64,000 bases of DNA from Eledone cirrhosa (Eukaryota): assembly GCA_964016885.1 (NCBI GenBank), contig OZ024746.1:43028001-43092000 (forward strand), written 5' to 3'. Below the pieces are notes generated by a model, which saw only the letters and a list, made by a program, of their open reading frames with translations, was not told the DNA's origin and ran no database searches. The first letter of the stretch is position 1, and each line of letters starts with the position of its first letter. Shown here one piece after another: positions 38,160 to 50,989 of this stretch. The position numbers were made by a program, and so were the translations under genes.

Positions 38160-39599
38160 GTAAGTTAGGGTTGTGTTTCACTTCCAACCAATAGATACTA
38201 TTCAATAAAAGACTAGCAGCATGGTTGGTTGGCAGTTGTTCTGTCCTTGCACTCTCATTCAGACGCAAGCTTGTATATATCAGGTGTATATATATCAGTA
38301 TTCCTCTGACATGAGCTCTATTAAGTTATAATATAAAAGATAGATATATTTAGCTGTTGTTAATGGGCAAAGCAAATTTAGTTCAATAATATTTGTCCTT
38401 TATGTAGCAATTCAAACAAGATTACTTTTTTCAAAGATTTTCTTGAGCATACATTATAAACATAATGTGAGTGTTTATAGTTTCTAGTTTATTTTTGTTT
38501 ATTGAATTTTATTGTGTCAGGTTTTCATATCAGTAGAAAATATAGTTTCATGGTGAAGTTATGATGCTCCTATTTCGATTAGATAATATAAATAATGAAA
38601 ATATTTTACTTTATTTATTTAGTTATTAATAATTATAATAAGGTTTCATTTTAGATATCTATTTATATTCACTACCCATGTGTTTTAAATAGAACATGCT
38701 ATTGTATGAAAATCCCTATCTTGCAATGATTTTATGAATATTTCAAAGTCTGAAGTCTCCTTAAAAAAAAAAAAAAAAATCGATACACTTTTCCATGTGA
38801 ATGATGTGCCATTTTCCTTCCAATAGATTTCTTAGCAACATGAAATTCCCAGGAGCCATGAGCTCTAAAATATCATTGGTTACTGAATATTTCTTTCCTT
38901 ACAATATTGATAGTCACGCAATTTCTTTTTTCAGAAATAAATATTTCTTTCGAATTTTCTTATTTCAGAAACACAGATGGTCATGCAGAAAATTGGCATC
39001 CTGTAGGAGATACTTTAAACAAAGTCTTTGATTTATATTTACAATCAATAATTTTATAGTTTCTTACTGTGGTATGTATTAACTGTTGCATTATTTCCTT
39101 GATTGATTCAAGTGTTATTCTATATTTTTGGTATGCTTTCTTCTCAGATAAATGTGCAGTAATATTGTGATGTTTATAGACCGATTAAAAGAAATAGCTT
39201 ACTGAAGCCTACATACGAATATCATTCCTTATTGTTTTTACTATATGATTTAAGATTGGGAATGATTAAAAACAAATTCCAAGTGATTATTCAACTGGAC
39301 TCATGTAATACAATTATAACTTTCAATAACTCTATGATACAGTTACCTCTAAGATGTAGAAAATTTCTGCAGTATATATTAATATCATGGTGACAAGTCG
39401 ACAAAATCATTAGAGTTGGATAAAATATCTTATGATATAGATTCCAATACTCTGTACTCTGTTCAAATCACAGAGGTCAACTTTACCATTCATTATTGTG
39501 GGGTTGATAAAATAAAGCATCATTCCATAGTGGTGGATGAGTGGAATTGTTAAAGTGTCAGATGAGATGTCTTGCAATGTTTATATGAGCTCATTGTGT

Positions 39600-40013
39600 T
39601 CATCATCATCATCCTCATCATCATCATCACCATTTTACATCCATTCTTCCATGCTAGCATGGGTTAAACGGGTTGTCCTGTTGTGGGCAATGCCAGGTCA
39701 GGTGACCATGTCTTGCTCATATGGAACTGATTTTGGCTTGATTTCTACAGCTGGATGCCCTTCCTAACACCAACCTCATTTTGCAGTGAGTACTGGGTGC
39801 TTTTTTACTGTGGTGCCTACATGACCACTTTACAGTGGGAGGGGGTGGGGGCATGCTGTTTATATGCTTCAGCTTTGGCTTGTACCCGTGGGAAGTCAGG
39901 TCTTCTGTATTACTGCATAACACCAGAGGTCTCAGTCCAGTGTCATCGCCTTTGAGAGGCGCAATTGGGCAAGGTCAGCTTTTATTACCTCATCCCAGGT
40001 CTACTTGGGTCTC
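39600..40013 (-). mobile_element. RTE-b-related LINE 3' end (ORF end plus 3' UTR shared with SINE-B)
   Basis: Minus strand reads RPK*TWDEVIKADLAQLRLSKAMTLD*DLWCYAVIQKT, then the aggaagggcatccagctgtagaaatcaagcc module and the ccatgctagcatggaagaatggatgtaaaatg(gtga/tga)n tail. Confidence 0.85.
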
Positions 40014-40275
40014 AAATTCTACTACTGTCTTAATCTATTGCCTGACACTAGCTGACCCTCGAAGCAGGTCTCTGATTTTAGGATACATTTTACCATCCTC
40101 CTTAACATTGTAGGTAGCCATAAAAGAGTCATGGACACTACCCTATCCCTCCCCAATAAAACAACAGCAACAGAATGTGACAAGTTCATAAACATACTTG
40201 AGAATTTCATTCCTCATGCTTGTTTTCACAAAACATTTATATATTTATATGTGTCATCATTGTTTTCTCTCTCTC

Positions 40276-40360
<85 letters not shown>

Positions 40361-40523
40361 TTTGATAATTTGCCTGGTATAAGCAGTATTTAAAATCGAA
40401 TTTCACAATAACATTGTAGATAACGGTTCTAAGACGCAATTGAATACATACTCGACAATGAAATATATGTTAATGCTTTGAATAAACCCTATTGTATAGC
40501 TTATCTGTGTTAATCTTCATTCC

Positions 40524-40601
<78 letters not shown>

Positions 40602-41609
40602 AGATAGAGAGAGAGAGATAGCTAGATAGATACACACTCATGTTAAATTCAAATTATTTAGACTATATTTTATAATTTTGGGTTAAATATTGTGTCAATG
40701 ATTACAGAGAAAGGATATTCACAGTGTTGAAGCATACACTACAAACCAGGATACCAAATCAATAAGCAGAAGCCCAAATAGACAAAAAATAAAAGATAGA
40801 TTTGAGGTGGAGTGGCTGTTTCAGTGTTGGCGAGGACCCAGAGGCATAACAGAAGTTAGTTGGTGGTGGAGGATACTCGTTTGGACATCACTTCCACACA
40901 TGTATTGTCAAAGAAACCTAAACCACAGCCAACTGAGACAACAAATATCATGTGACAGTCTTTCTATACTTCCAAAATACCAATATTTCTAGGCATGAAA
41001 ACACACTTCATATTACCAAAAAATAAGGTCATGTATGTTTTATAAATATTTCCACTTGCATGCATAAGAACATGACAATGTAGAAATATTAATTTCCTCA
41101 TCGAAGTATTTATGTTTAAGATACACAAAAGCTGGTCTGTTGCCCAGGAAGAATCTAGATAGTCTTTTACATTAGATATATGGAAACATTCAGGTTTTGT
41201 GGAAAATAATAGTGAGTAACTGATGCATGGGATCATCTTTTATATGAGCATATGGATTATATATATATATATATAGACACACACATATATATATATATGC
41301 ACATCTGAACTGCTTAGGCCCATATTTAAACCATATGGACTAGTAACCAGTCAAATAAACACTATACTACTCTCCTGGCCTGCTTCTAAAAAATGTTTTC
41401 AATCACACCAATATCTCTATGACTGTCTTATTTCAGCATTTATTGACAGGTTTGGATGTTCCATTTGTATTTTTCTTTTTACTTTTTATTCTTGCTTTCC
41501 TCTTATAAATAATGTTGTAACTCTGGTTAATGGCAGAAATTAATATATACCATTTGATTTTTCATTTTCCCATTTCTCTATTGAAACAGTTTAAGTCTGA
41601 CTGTAGGGT

Positions 41610-41852
41610 ATCATCATCATATTATTATTACTCGTGATGCTTTTGCTCTGGCAGATGTTTCACTGACACTATACCAAGTGAGCAAGCCATAGCCAATGGC
41701 CATAGGTCATTTGAGTAATTCCTTCTCCATCAACTTCCCAACACCCTCCTTAGAATCCTCACTGTTCCTAGCAAGGCTGATTTCTACAACAACCCCCTCC
41801 TAATGTTAATTCCTAGCTTCTCAAGCCATGCATCCAACCTTTTACTAACTGA
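41610..41852 (-). mobile_element. R4/Dong-clade (RLE) non-LTR element 3' end
   Basis: Minus strand reads VSKRLDAWLEKLGINIRRGLL*KSALLGTVRILRRVLGS*, matching the LQKSALLGTARILRKVL C-terminus; flanked by (TAA)-like repeats. Confidence 0.75.
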
Positions 41853-41950
41853 TTATTATGATTAAATTCTATTTTATACAAACCCCCCTGTACCAGCTTT
41901 AATGTCACCTTAATGTGAGCCCTGTATGGCTAATAAAGAAATTATTATTA

Positions 41951-42140
41951 TTGGCAGTATCGGTAGAGGGTTGGACGCCATGCTTTCTAGCATAGTTACG
42001 TCCCTTTACAGTCTGAATTCAAATCCCGCTGAGGTTAACTTTGCCTTTCATCCTTACGGCTTCGATAAAATAAAGTACCAGTAATGTGCTGGGTAATTGC
42101 TGGCCTTGTGCCTAAAAGTAGAAACAATTATTATTATTAC
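41951..42140 (+). mobile_element. SINE-A with (ATT)n tail
   Basis: Colinear with the other copies. Confidence 0.9.
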
Positions 42141-42146
42141 TACTAC

Positions 42147-42340
42147 TTCTGTGTCCTACACAAGGCAACTTTGAGGAAGGTAAAATCAATTATCTCAACT
42201 GCAGAACTTAACTATTCATATATTTTATCCTCTCCAGAAGGATGAAGGCAACTTTGTCTCAACAGGATTCGAACTTAGATCATAAAGGTGCCTGAATAAA
42301 TATAGCTAAGCCTTTTTCCAATGTTCTAGGGATTCTGTTA
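42147..42340 (-). mobile_element. Old diverged SINE-A-related relic (similar relics near 1380-1690, 20920-21020, 39390-39540, 56965-57055, 62255-62390)
   Basis: Degenerate ttttatc...ggatgaaggcaacttt...caggattcgaact motif. Confidence 0.5.
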
Positions 42341-45203
42341 ATCCAATGTCCTTCATTATGCAAATATATCTATCTAGCTATCTATATATATATACACACA
42401 CATACATATATATATGTTTGTGCCATTGTTATTGTATTTGTTGTAGGTTACACTGTGATCAACGGTATCAGAAGAGTCTGATATGTTTTGGTGTCTCTGA
42501 AAGTTTGAGTATTTTAGATTGAAGCCACAAACTGTTAATACAAATATTTAACCTCCGTGACACATTAAGTGATTTTGTTTTTCATTTGTACACCTTTATA
42601 TTTATCTGTTTTTGCAATCCTATTTATCTATCTATAAGTATATTATCTATATATTTACCCATGCACATGCACACACACACATATATATATATAAGGAATC
42701 ACTATATATGCTCCAAACATTGACATTTTATATATATATATATATTTATATATGAGAGAGAGAGTTGCATATATACTGATTCCTTTTGTCAATCATAGAA
42801 CAAGTTTCTTACAACATTTATAATCAATTGAATGAAAGATTTTACATTACTAATACTTGTTTTATCTGTTTTGATGTCACTAAAAGCCAAGTTGATCTCT
42901 AAGGAATTCTAACACAAGCCCATGAAGCAATAAACTATACTGTAGAGAATCATATCTAACTGTCAATTGTCTAAGACATTGTCATCTTCCATTGAAAGAA
43001 ATGTTTAATTGAAAGAAATGTTTATGGAATTTGGAATTTCTATTGGTTTGAGATTGTTGTGGGGACATAACTTAATTAAAGAGGGATCTTTTTAACAAAA
43101 CAAAATATTAAGCAAATATGATTGAAATGTTATTATTATGAAAAACAGCTACGATTCATATAATGGCTATAAAATAGTGAAATAAATCAGGTAAATAAAC
43201 TTTGGAGACAGAAAAAAGGACAGTGATGAGGAATATAACTACAATGCATCCTCTGTATGTTGAACAGCTGCAGTAACTGTTACAAATAATTATTACAACT
43301 GTCTGACATATGGAAATTAAATGGTTCAATTCTTACAGTCATATCTGATCACCTTCTTCTCATCTCCAAAAATAATTTACCTGAATTATTCAACTATTTG
43401 TGGTTCCTTTTTATAAAAAAGTCAAATAAATTTCTAATGTTAAATTTGACACATTTCTTTATAAACTCATCAGTTTACAAACATGATTAAGGAGAATGAA
43501 AAAAATGGTTTTTACTATTCAAATCTCAGTGCTTTTTTTGGTTTTCATTGAAATATTGTTGAACAAAATTTACTGGTTAGAATATGCAAAGAAGGAATGG
43601 TTTACTTGGTTTAATTCATCTAATCTACTTACTCACTACAAATAATAAGCCTTGGGCTTCAAAAAGAAAAGTAGTTTTTCCTTAAACTAGTTCTGGTTAC
43701 ATGATACTGACCATATTGTAATATATTGGCATTATATAATAATATTCCACAATAGATGAACATAATTCAAAGCAGACAATGTTTTATTTCCTAACTAGAT
43801 AACATTTGAAATCATTCTTGATAATTATTCAGATTCTGATACAATAATATTTCATTGTTTGGAAGACAAATTCTAATTTTTAGTAGTTTTTTCACTGCAT
43901 CAAAACAATTTTACTAAAATGGAATTTAGTCAATGAACAAGAACAAAATCATTAAAGAAATAAATGGAGTAAAGATCTTTATGGCAGCTCCTCTAAGAGC
44001 AAATGGATCAGTTAACTGAAGGTTTGTTTAAAGTATTGACAACATGTAACTATGATAACTTTCTACTAACAGAGTAGTACAAACTGGCTGATATTACAAT
44101 GGAAAACTAGAATACAAGCATTTTACTCTTCTACACATTAACAAAAATAGTGCGAAATGAACACTAAAATGTTAATATTTTATCTTTTATGGCATTCAGT
44201 TTTTTCTGATTATTATTCCCTAATGTTTATATGGTTTAATCATGCAAACTAGCAAAGGACTGTTCCTGTAGTCACTTGGTTTGTTTATTATAAAACATCC
44301 ATTAAACATTGTAAATCTGCAACACAGCTGACCAAGACAACATCTACTCATAAGTAACAATGAAGTTGACACATAAACTAGTAAGGGCGCTACAATAGAG
44401 CTACTTCACCTAGTGATGGGACACCTGCATTTCTTTCAACAAATTTATTACTGTTGTGAAACTAAAAATATACGGCTAAATTCTTAGGAAAAACATTATA
44501 AAGATAAGATAGACATAATAGAAATGCTGGCCAAATGATAAAATCTTCTGCTGATTAATTATTGAAGAACAATGCAGTGAGGTCAAAGGCAGGACTAGCT
44601 TATAACTTAAATAGCAATATAGATCAATGAGGCTCTTTTTTGCATAAATATTGTTTAATACATCTATACATTAAATGCACTTAAGCAGAGCTCATTGGGG
44701 CTACTCAATATCAATATCAAAGCAACTAAATATGAAGACTGCCACTGCACATTCTCTTTAGTAGACAGGATGTATCACTAAGACAGTTTGTAGTTTGAAA
44801 GGCTTTGACATGATATTATATTAGATTTAACTGAGAAGCATGGATCATAGCTAGCTAACTTATGAGTACACATAGACATGGATATCTCTTTATCACTCTT
44901 TATTGATCTTATATCATTGAACTTATTACTAATCCCATACAGCTGTTTGTTGATAATCTACTGGCACTTATCTCAAAAGAGAAAGATGAAAAGTTGGAAT
45001 ATAAGGATGAAATGTTAACAGATGGTAAACAGATAAATAGAATGCAAGGCAGTGATTACATGGTAGAGAACTTTGATACAATTAAATACTATGATACATA
45101 GTGAATATAAAAGTGCACGTTTTATAAGACTAAAAATATAATCATGTTTTAAAAGAATAAAATCTAAACTAAATTTCCTGTCAAACAACATCACACAGCC
45201 CAA

Positions 45204-45234
<31 letters not shown>

Positions 45235-45754
45235 TATATATATATACTGTTATTGCCAATGTAAGCAATAAAAGATGCATGCATGTATATGTATGTATAT
45301 GTGTGTGCATCTGTACATGTGTTTGTGTGTGATTCATTTGTGTGATATGACTTAGACCCTGCTTGAATAGAAATGGATATTTAAGCTTTCTTAATCATAC
45401 AAATGTCTTATTGTAGTTTATCTATATATAGTTGTCTGGTATAGAAAGAAGTTAATAATACAAATAAGTCACAATTCTGTGCATAATTATTTAATAAGAT
45501 GTTCAAAAACATTTCTCTAGATGAAGGTAATGAAAATGAAATGTAACGCAGATGCAAAATAAAGTAACAATGATGACTGTTATGAATAGAAACCGATATT
45601 AGATGTGATTCACTCACACACACACATATATATATATATACAGTATATTACATACACATATTTATATATATACATATATATATCGGGGATATCCACAGTT
45701 AGTAAGGTACTCAATATATTAGTAGAGTGTAAACATTGTTTAATATAGAAATGG

Positions 45755-45801
45755 CTTCTACAGAACAAAAACTGTTTCATTTAAAAGAAATCATCAGGAA
45801 A
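45755..45801 (-). ncRNA. Putative minimal type I hammerhead ribozyme in a Penelope-like pLTR remnant (about 45684-45907)
   Basis: UUUC-CUGAUGA-UUUCUUUUAAAU-GAAACAG-UUUUUGUU-CUGUA-GAAG: full catalytic core, 4-bp stem III, stem I of 3 bp plus a wobble, weak stem II. Confidence 0.6.
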
Positions 45802-45907
45802 GACGACTGTCTTTGTAAAACTTGTATTTATGTTTTCCGGAGGTTGGGGAAGCTGGGGATTTTGAATGAAACAGTTCTAGTCCCGTCAAAGACATTTCTA
45901 CATTAAA

Positions 45908-45927
45908 TATGATATATACATATATTT

Positions 45928-45981
<54 letters not shown>

Positions 45982-46084
45982 CTATCTCTTTATATATATA
46001 TATATATATACATATCTATATATATATATATCTATCTATCTATACATATCTATATATATATATATAAATATATACATATCTATC

Positions 46085-46155
<71 letters not shown>
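45908..46155. repeat. Compound (TA/TCTA/CA)n microsatellite (others at 7955-8128, 36930-37030, 40265-40360, 40527-40630, 60345-60462)
   Basis: Direct reading. Confidence 0.95.
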
Positions 46156-46157
<2 letters not shown>

Positions 46158-47855
46158 CCTCATTGTCATATATTGATTTTATTTCTTTATCATACTTGAG
46201 CATTTATATAATTCATAATTTTAATTCTTATATCATATACTTAACAGTTAATTTAGAATTTTAAAATACTTAAAAGTATAACTTCTCTATTCTAAAATTG
46301 AAACATTTCAGATAAACATCTTGTGATTTATATTACCCGGAAATGTTTTCAAATGTTTTTTTTTTAAAGAAAGGAATAATATATCATATGCTTGGGAGGA
46401 ATGTTTTCAATTGAAAGTTTATAAATATTAATGAGTGAAAGGTATGAACTTTTATCAGATAAACATGTTTTGAAACTGTTAAAAACTTTCTGGGAATTAT
46501 TATTTGTGTTAAAAATTGTTGTAAGATATTTAGCAAAGAAAATCGTGAAAAATAGGTTTATGGGAAGTTATAAGATATTCTTACCCAAAAGACTGTATCA
46601 ATGTATAATTAAGAATATATTTTTTGAAATTATATTTTCTACATGAAAATTATGATGAAAATATTTTGAAATTATTTTCAGACTATCTCCAATTGGGTTT
46701 CATTTTAATCATTTCCCTAGTCATCAGTCTATAACATTTTCAATTAAAATATATAATCTGCTCATAATTATAACCATTGCATATCACTTTAATGAGCCAT
46801 TTCAGAGAGGAACATTTTGATGGACAATGTGAGAAAGAGGAGTTAGTTGCTGTAGATTAATTGAACTACTGACCAAATTTTTGATGTCTTTTATTCATGT
46901 TCATTAATCACTAGGTGCTTTGATTTAATTATATCATATTTCCTTAGAGGACAATTTAATATATTCTTCGTTGTGATTTATAGGTTTCAATGAAATTATC
47001 TTAGCAGAACTGAATATATCAATTTTAATTGCATTTGCAGTAAAAGTAGTTAGATCGAGCTGAAAAATGCTAGTTGGTTTTTCAGGTGTTGCTTTACATC
47101 ATTTTTATATAGTGTTATACAAAGTATATAAAGTTTTAAATGTAACATCATAATTTTTAATGTTTGATAGCAAAGTTTCCACTTATAGTTTTGCTATCTT
47201 ATTATGTTCATAATAAATTCCTGTCATGAAAATTTAAGTTGGAGGAAAAATAAGAGAACCATAATAACTATATTATAAATAGTACTTCATATAATTTTAG
47301 CTAAAGTTTAGCTAAGAAGGATTTTGTAGAGTATGGTGTGAACACATTTTTGATGTACAGCTTTTCATTTTTAAGAAAGTTAATGAATTAAAAGTATTTT
47401 AAAAGTTTCACAAATGATAAGGAATCAAAAGAGAAACAAACACCTGACAAGACAGATAGACAAAAACAACAAATATAATTGAGCATATATGATTTACAAT
47501 TTTGTTAATAATATTTACATTATCAAGAAAGAGAGTGTATGTAATGAAATCACATGTCCAAATATAAATATGTAACATTGTTTTAATTGTGCATGCTTTC
47601 TATGTAATAAATACCCCTAACTGCTTTAAAACCATAAAAGAGTTTAAATAGCAATGCTCCTGTTACATTCTGGATGGCGCCAGTGAGACATAGTTATGCT
47701 AGGGCATCAGTATAAAATATATATAGAAATGAAATGATTCTCCTAGCCAAGGCAGAGTGTTGCCTTGCAGGCCACAAGACAGTCATAGTTATACTTACAG
47801 AGTTTTATTTGAAGCAATGCTTTACACACAGAGGCTTTTTCTAGTACCAATCTAT

Positions 47856-47929
47856 TTTGTCCAGTTTGGAAAAGGTACACCATCTTGCAACATGCAGGAA
47901 GATGGTGTCCCTTTTCCAAACTGGACAAA
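47856..47929. other. 74-nt hairpin (31-bp arms, 1 mismatch, 12-nt loop)
   Basis: tttgtccagtttggaaaaggtacaccatctt / aagatggtgtcccttttccaaactggacaaa. Confidence 0.9.
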
Positions 47930-47962
47930 CACAATATAGTATAAAACATATACACTCACTTA

Positions 47963-47995
<33 letters not shown>

Positions 47996-48388
47996 GGAGG
48001 CACATGGCTTAGTGGTTAGAGCATTAGGCTTGCAATCGAAAGGTTGTGAGTTCAATTCTCAGACTGGGTGATGTGTTATTTCCTTGAGCAAGAGACTTTA
48101 TTTTCACATTGCTCCAGTTTACTCAGCTGTAGAAATGAGATGATAGGACTGGGGTCCCTATCATTACACTGCAAAGTGGTCGTGGAGGTGCCACGGCAAA
48201 AAAAGCAACCAGCGGTCACTGTAAGTGAGGTTGGTGTTAGGAAGGGCATCTAGCTGTAGAAATCAAGCCAGAATCAGTTCCCGTATGAGCAAGACAAGGT
48301 CAGCCGACCGGACTCTGCCCACAACAGGACAACCCATCTAACCTATGCTAGCGTGGAAGAACGGACGTAAAATGGTGATGATGATGAT
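47996..48388 (+). mobile_element. SINE-B with the longer RTE-b-type tail
   Basis: Same head and body up to gaatcagttcccgt, then atgagcaagacaaggtca...cccacaacaggacaaccc...gctagcgtggaagaacggacgtaaaatg, as in LINE 39600-40013. Confidence 0.92.
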
Positions 48389-48402
48389 ATATATATATAT
48401 AC

Positions 48403-48600
48403 ACCGCAGTAAAGTGGTTGTGTAGGCGACACACCAAAAAGCACCCAGCAAAAACTGTAAATGTGGTTGGCGTTAGGAAGGACATACAGCTGTAGAAACC
48501 AACCCCAAATCAGCCCCGTGTAAGTGTGATTCTCTCCCTAAGAGTCAGCCTGTCCTACCCATGTTAGCGTGGAAGATGGGCATTAAACAATGTTGGTGAT
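48403..48600 (+). mobile_element. Headless copy of the RTE-derived body+tail module (other relics near 35520-35580, 35810-35910, 53950-54060, 55440-55700; tail only at 24490-24530)
   Basis: gtaaagtggttgtgtaggcgacac...ggttggcgttaggaaggacatacagctgtagaaa...cccatgttagcgtggaa. Confidence 0.75.
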
Positions 48601-49664
48601 ATATATATATATACAAAAAAGTGAGGGGGGGTGCATAATTCCAATGAAGGGCCCTCTCCATTTTGGCTGTCTACTAAGCTCACTGACTTGAAAGAGGGTA
48701 TGATTTGAACCATAATAAATATAATGTATCTTCCAAACATTTTATTATTTTATAGCATAACACTTCAACAAAATAGTATATGCTTATTAAAAACACTGAG
48801 TAACTTTTAAATATAATATATTATGTAATAATGATACAGTGCTGCTATTGTTTCATGTAGGAGTAACACATTCCAATTTTGCATAAAATAGTAGCATTTC
48901 CTTGAATTATAACAGTTATGAATTGAATTGTAAAGCTGATCATTGCTTCACAAACAGGTAGCTCTGAATAATTAAGGAAAAAGTCAAATACTTTAAACAT
49001 AGATGTAGCACTTCTGCTAATAATGATATCAGTAGAGAATTTTATTGGATCATATAGTGAAAAGAAAAGTATTTTAAAAAAGATAATCAAAAGTCCATGT
49101 TTATTGAAAAAAAGAAAATAAGCTATAGGCACCTGATTATAAATCAGTAATCAATGTTAAGATTCTTGTGCAATACACCATAAACAATCTCTTCCATTTG
49201 AATAAACCATTGATGCTATTATCCCCACAGTAAGAGAAAGAGCAAAGCAAATATGAAATGATTTTCTTTCTGCATGAAATATTCTGTCTATTTAGGCAGT
49301 GAAATATAGATGCTCTGGCATTTTCGAATATCTGACGTACATAACTAATATGCACATATTAATCCACTCACACATACTAGAATATAATAATACCTCCACT
49401 CTATTACGAATTCACTACAATAAAGTATTCACTATATACATGTTTAGAAATAGATAAAAATGGACAAACATAAGAAATAACATAAGGCACTAATGTTTCA
49501 GAGAAGCATATATATATAAAATGTATTTTTAGAATGCATTTTTGATTTCATATTAAGAAGATTTTTTTGCTCACTCCTCCACTTTCTCTCTTAATGAATG
49601 TGTGTGTGTGTGTGTGTGTGTGAGTGTGTGTATGTGTGGAGTGTGAATGTATGTAATGTATGTA

Positions 49665-49790
49665 TAGGGAAGAATGAGGCAAAGTTGTAAAGAAGGACTT
49701 CAAGAAACTAGGCTTCACAAAGGAGATGACACAAGATGAAGTGAACTTGTGACATGCCATGATACAAAAGACCCACCCATCAGTACAATC
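49665..49790 (+). mobile_element. Short degenerate RTE 3' fragment
   Basis: VVKKDFKKLGFTKEMTQD...QKTHP resembles VVRTDLRSLKLTVEMTRD...NKTRP. Confidence 0.55.
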
Positions 49791-50066
49791 ATTGTAACAC
49801 TAAAATGCAAATTAATATATTTGGGATAAATTATTATGCATTATTTGTGAGAAAATTATAATCCATATATTTTACATCTCAAATTCACATTTACCATCTC
49901 TTATATAAGGCATGTTATGATGAGAAAATATATGATGATGAAGAACATATAATGATAAAGTGTGTATACTAACTACAGCTCAATTTCACTCAGAATATAT
50001 ATAATAATGTTAGAATGCTTTTACTATTAAGAGATTAACAAATATAATATAATTAAATTTCATGTA

Positions 50067-50211
50067 GCATAGAGTTACGGCCCTTTATTATCTGAGTTCA
50101 AATCCCGCCGAGGTTAACTTTGCCTTTCATCCTTATGGGGTCGATAAAATAAAGTACCAGTAATGCACTTGTTAATTGCTGGCCATTGTGCCAAAAGTAG
50201 AAACAATTATT
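50067..50211 (+). mobile_element. SINE-A, 5'-truncated (subtype 2)
   Basis: Starts at gcatagagttacggccc, ends gtagaaacaattat. Confidence 0.88.
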
Positions 50212-50989
50212 TATGAAATAAAAGAGCAATTAATCCAGCAGTTACAATATCATATGAAGAGTGCCCATAATTTCTGAGCAGTTATTTTTGTGGGATAAGT
50301 GTAATTTACCAATTGTGTAAGTATACATGCATTTTGGTGTATGTTTGTTTAGAAAGTAAAGAGAATGAGAGGCGTGCACACATACACATGCTGAATTACA
50401 TAAGAGGGCCCATAAGTAAATACCTCAGCTTCATTTCTTTTAATGCAAACTGATTGATTACTATAATAAAAAGAGGCAATCAATTTTTCAGAATTGATTA
50501 GCATGTCTTTTTAACTACAAAAATTGTAATAATGAAATAGAGCTGTAAATCTAAATGTAAATACTTTGACACAAATTTAAGTTTATATTATATTTAAGAT
50601 GAACCTATAGCATCTTAAAAGCTTTTAGATAGGTGCCACAATCAAGATATTGACCTATGTCACTCAGACAGCTAACAGCTTAAAAGGCTTCGATTTCACT
50701 CCACCTGGACTGATATAAATTTCAACTGTCAACATAAGGCTGAAAGACTTTTCTCTGTTGTCAAATTCAGCTAACCAATTACTTCTAAATGAAGCTATAT
50801 ATCAATATCAAATATTGGTTGTGGATACATATATTAAAGTTAAATATCTCCACTAAGTAAATTATAATTTTAGAGCAATTATTATAACTAAGCATGTTGA
50901 TTTAGTGAGGCTCTTTATCTGTTGGAAATTATAGTAAAGCACATATGTCTTCAAGACATTTTGTCAAATCAGTTTCCCATCGGTGAGCC

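Noticed and set aside
40815-40855. Possible second hammerhead on the minus strand (ctgttatgcc...ctgaaacagcc)
   Set aside because: CUGANGA is not intact and the stems cannot be formed convincingly.
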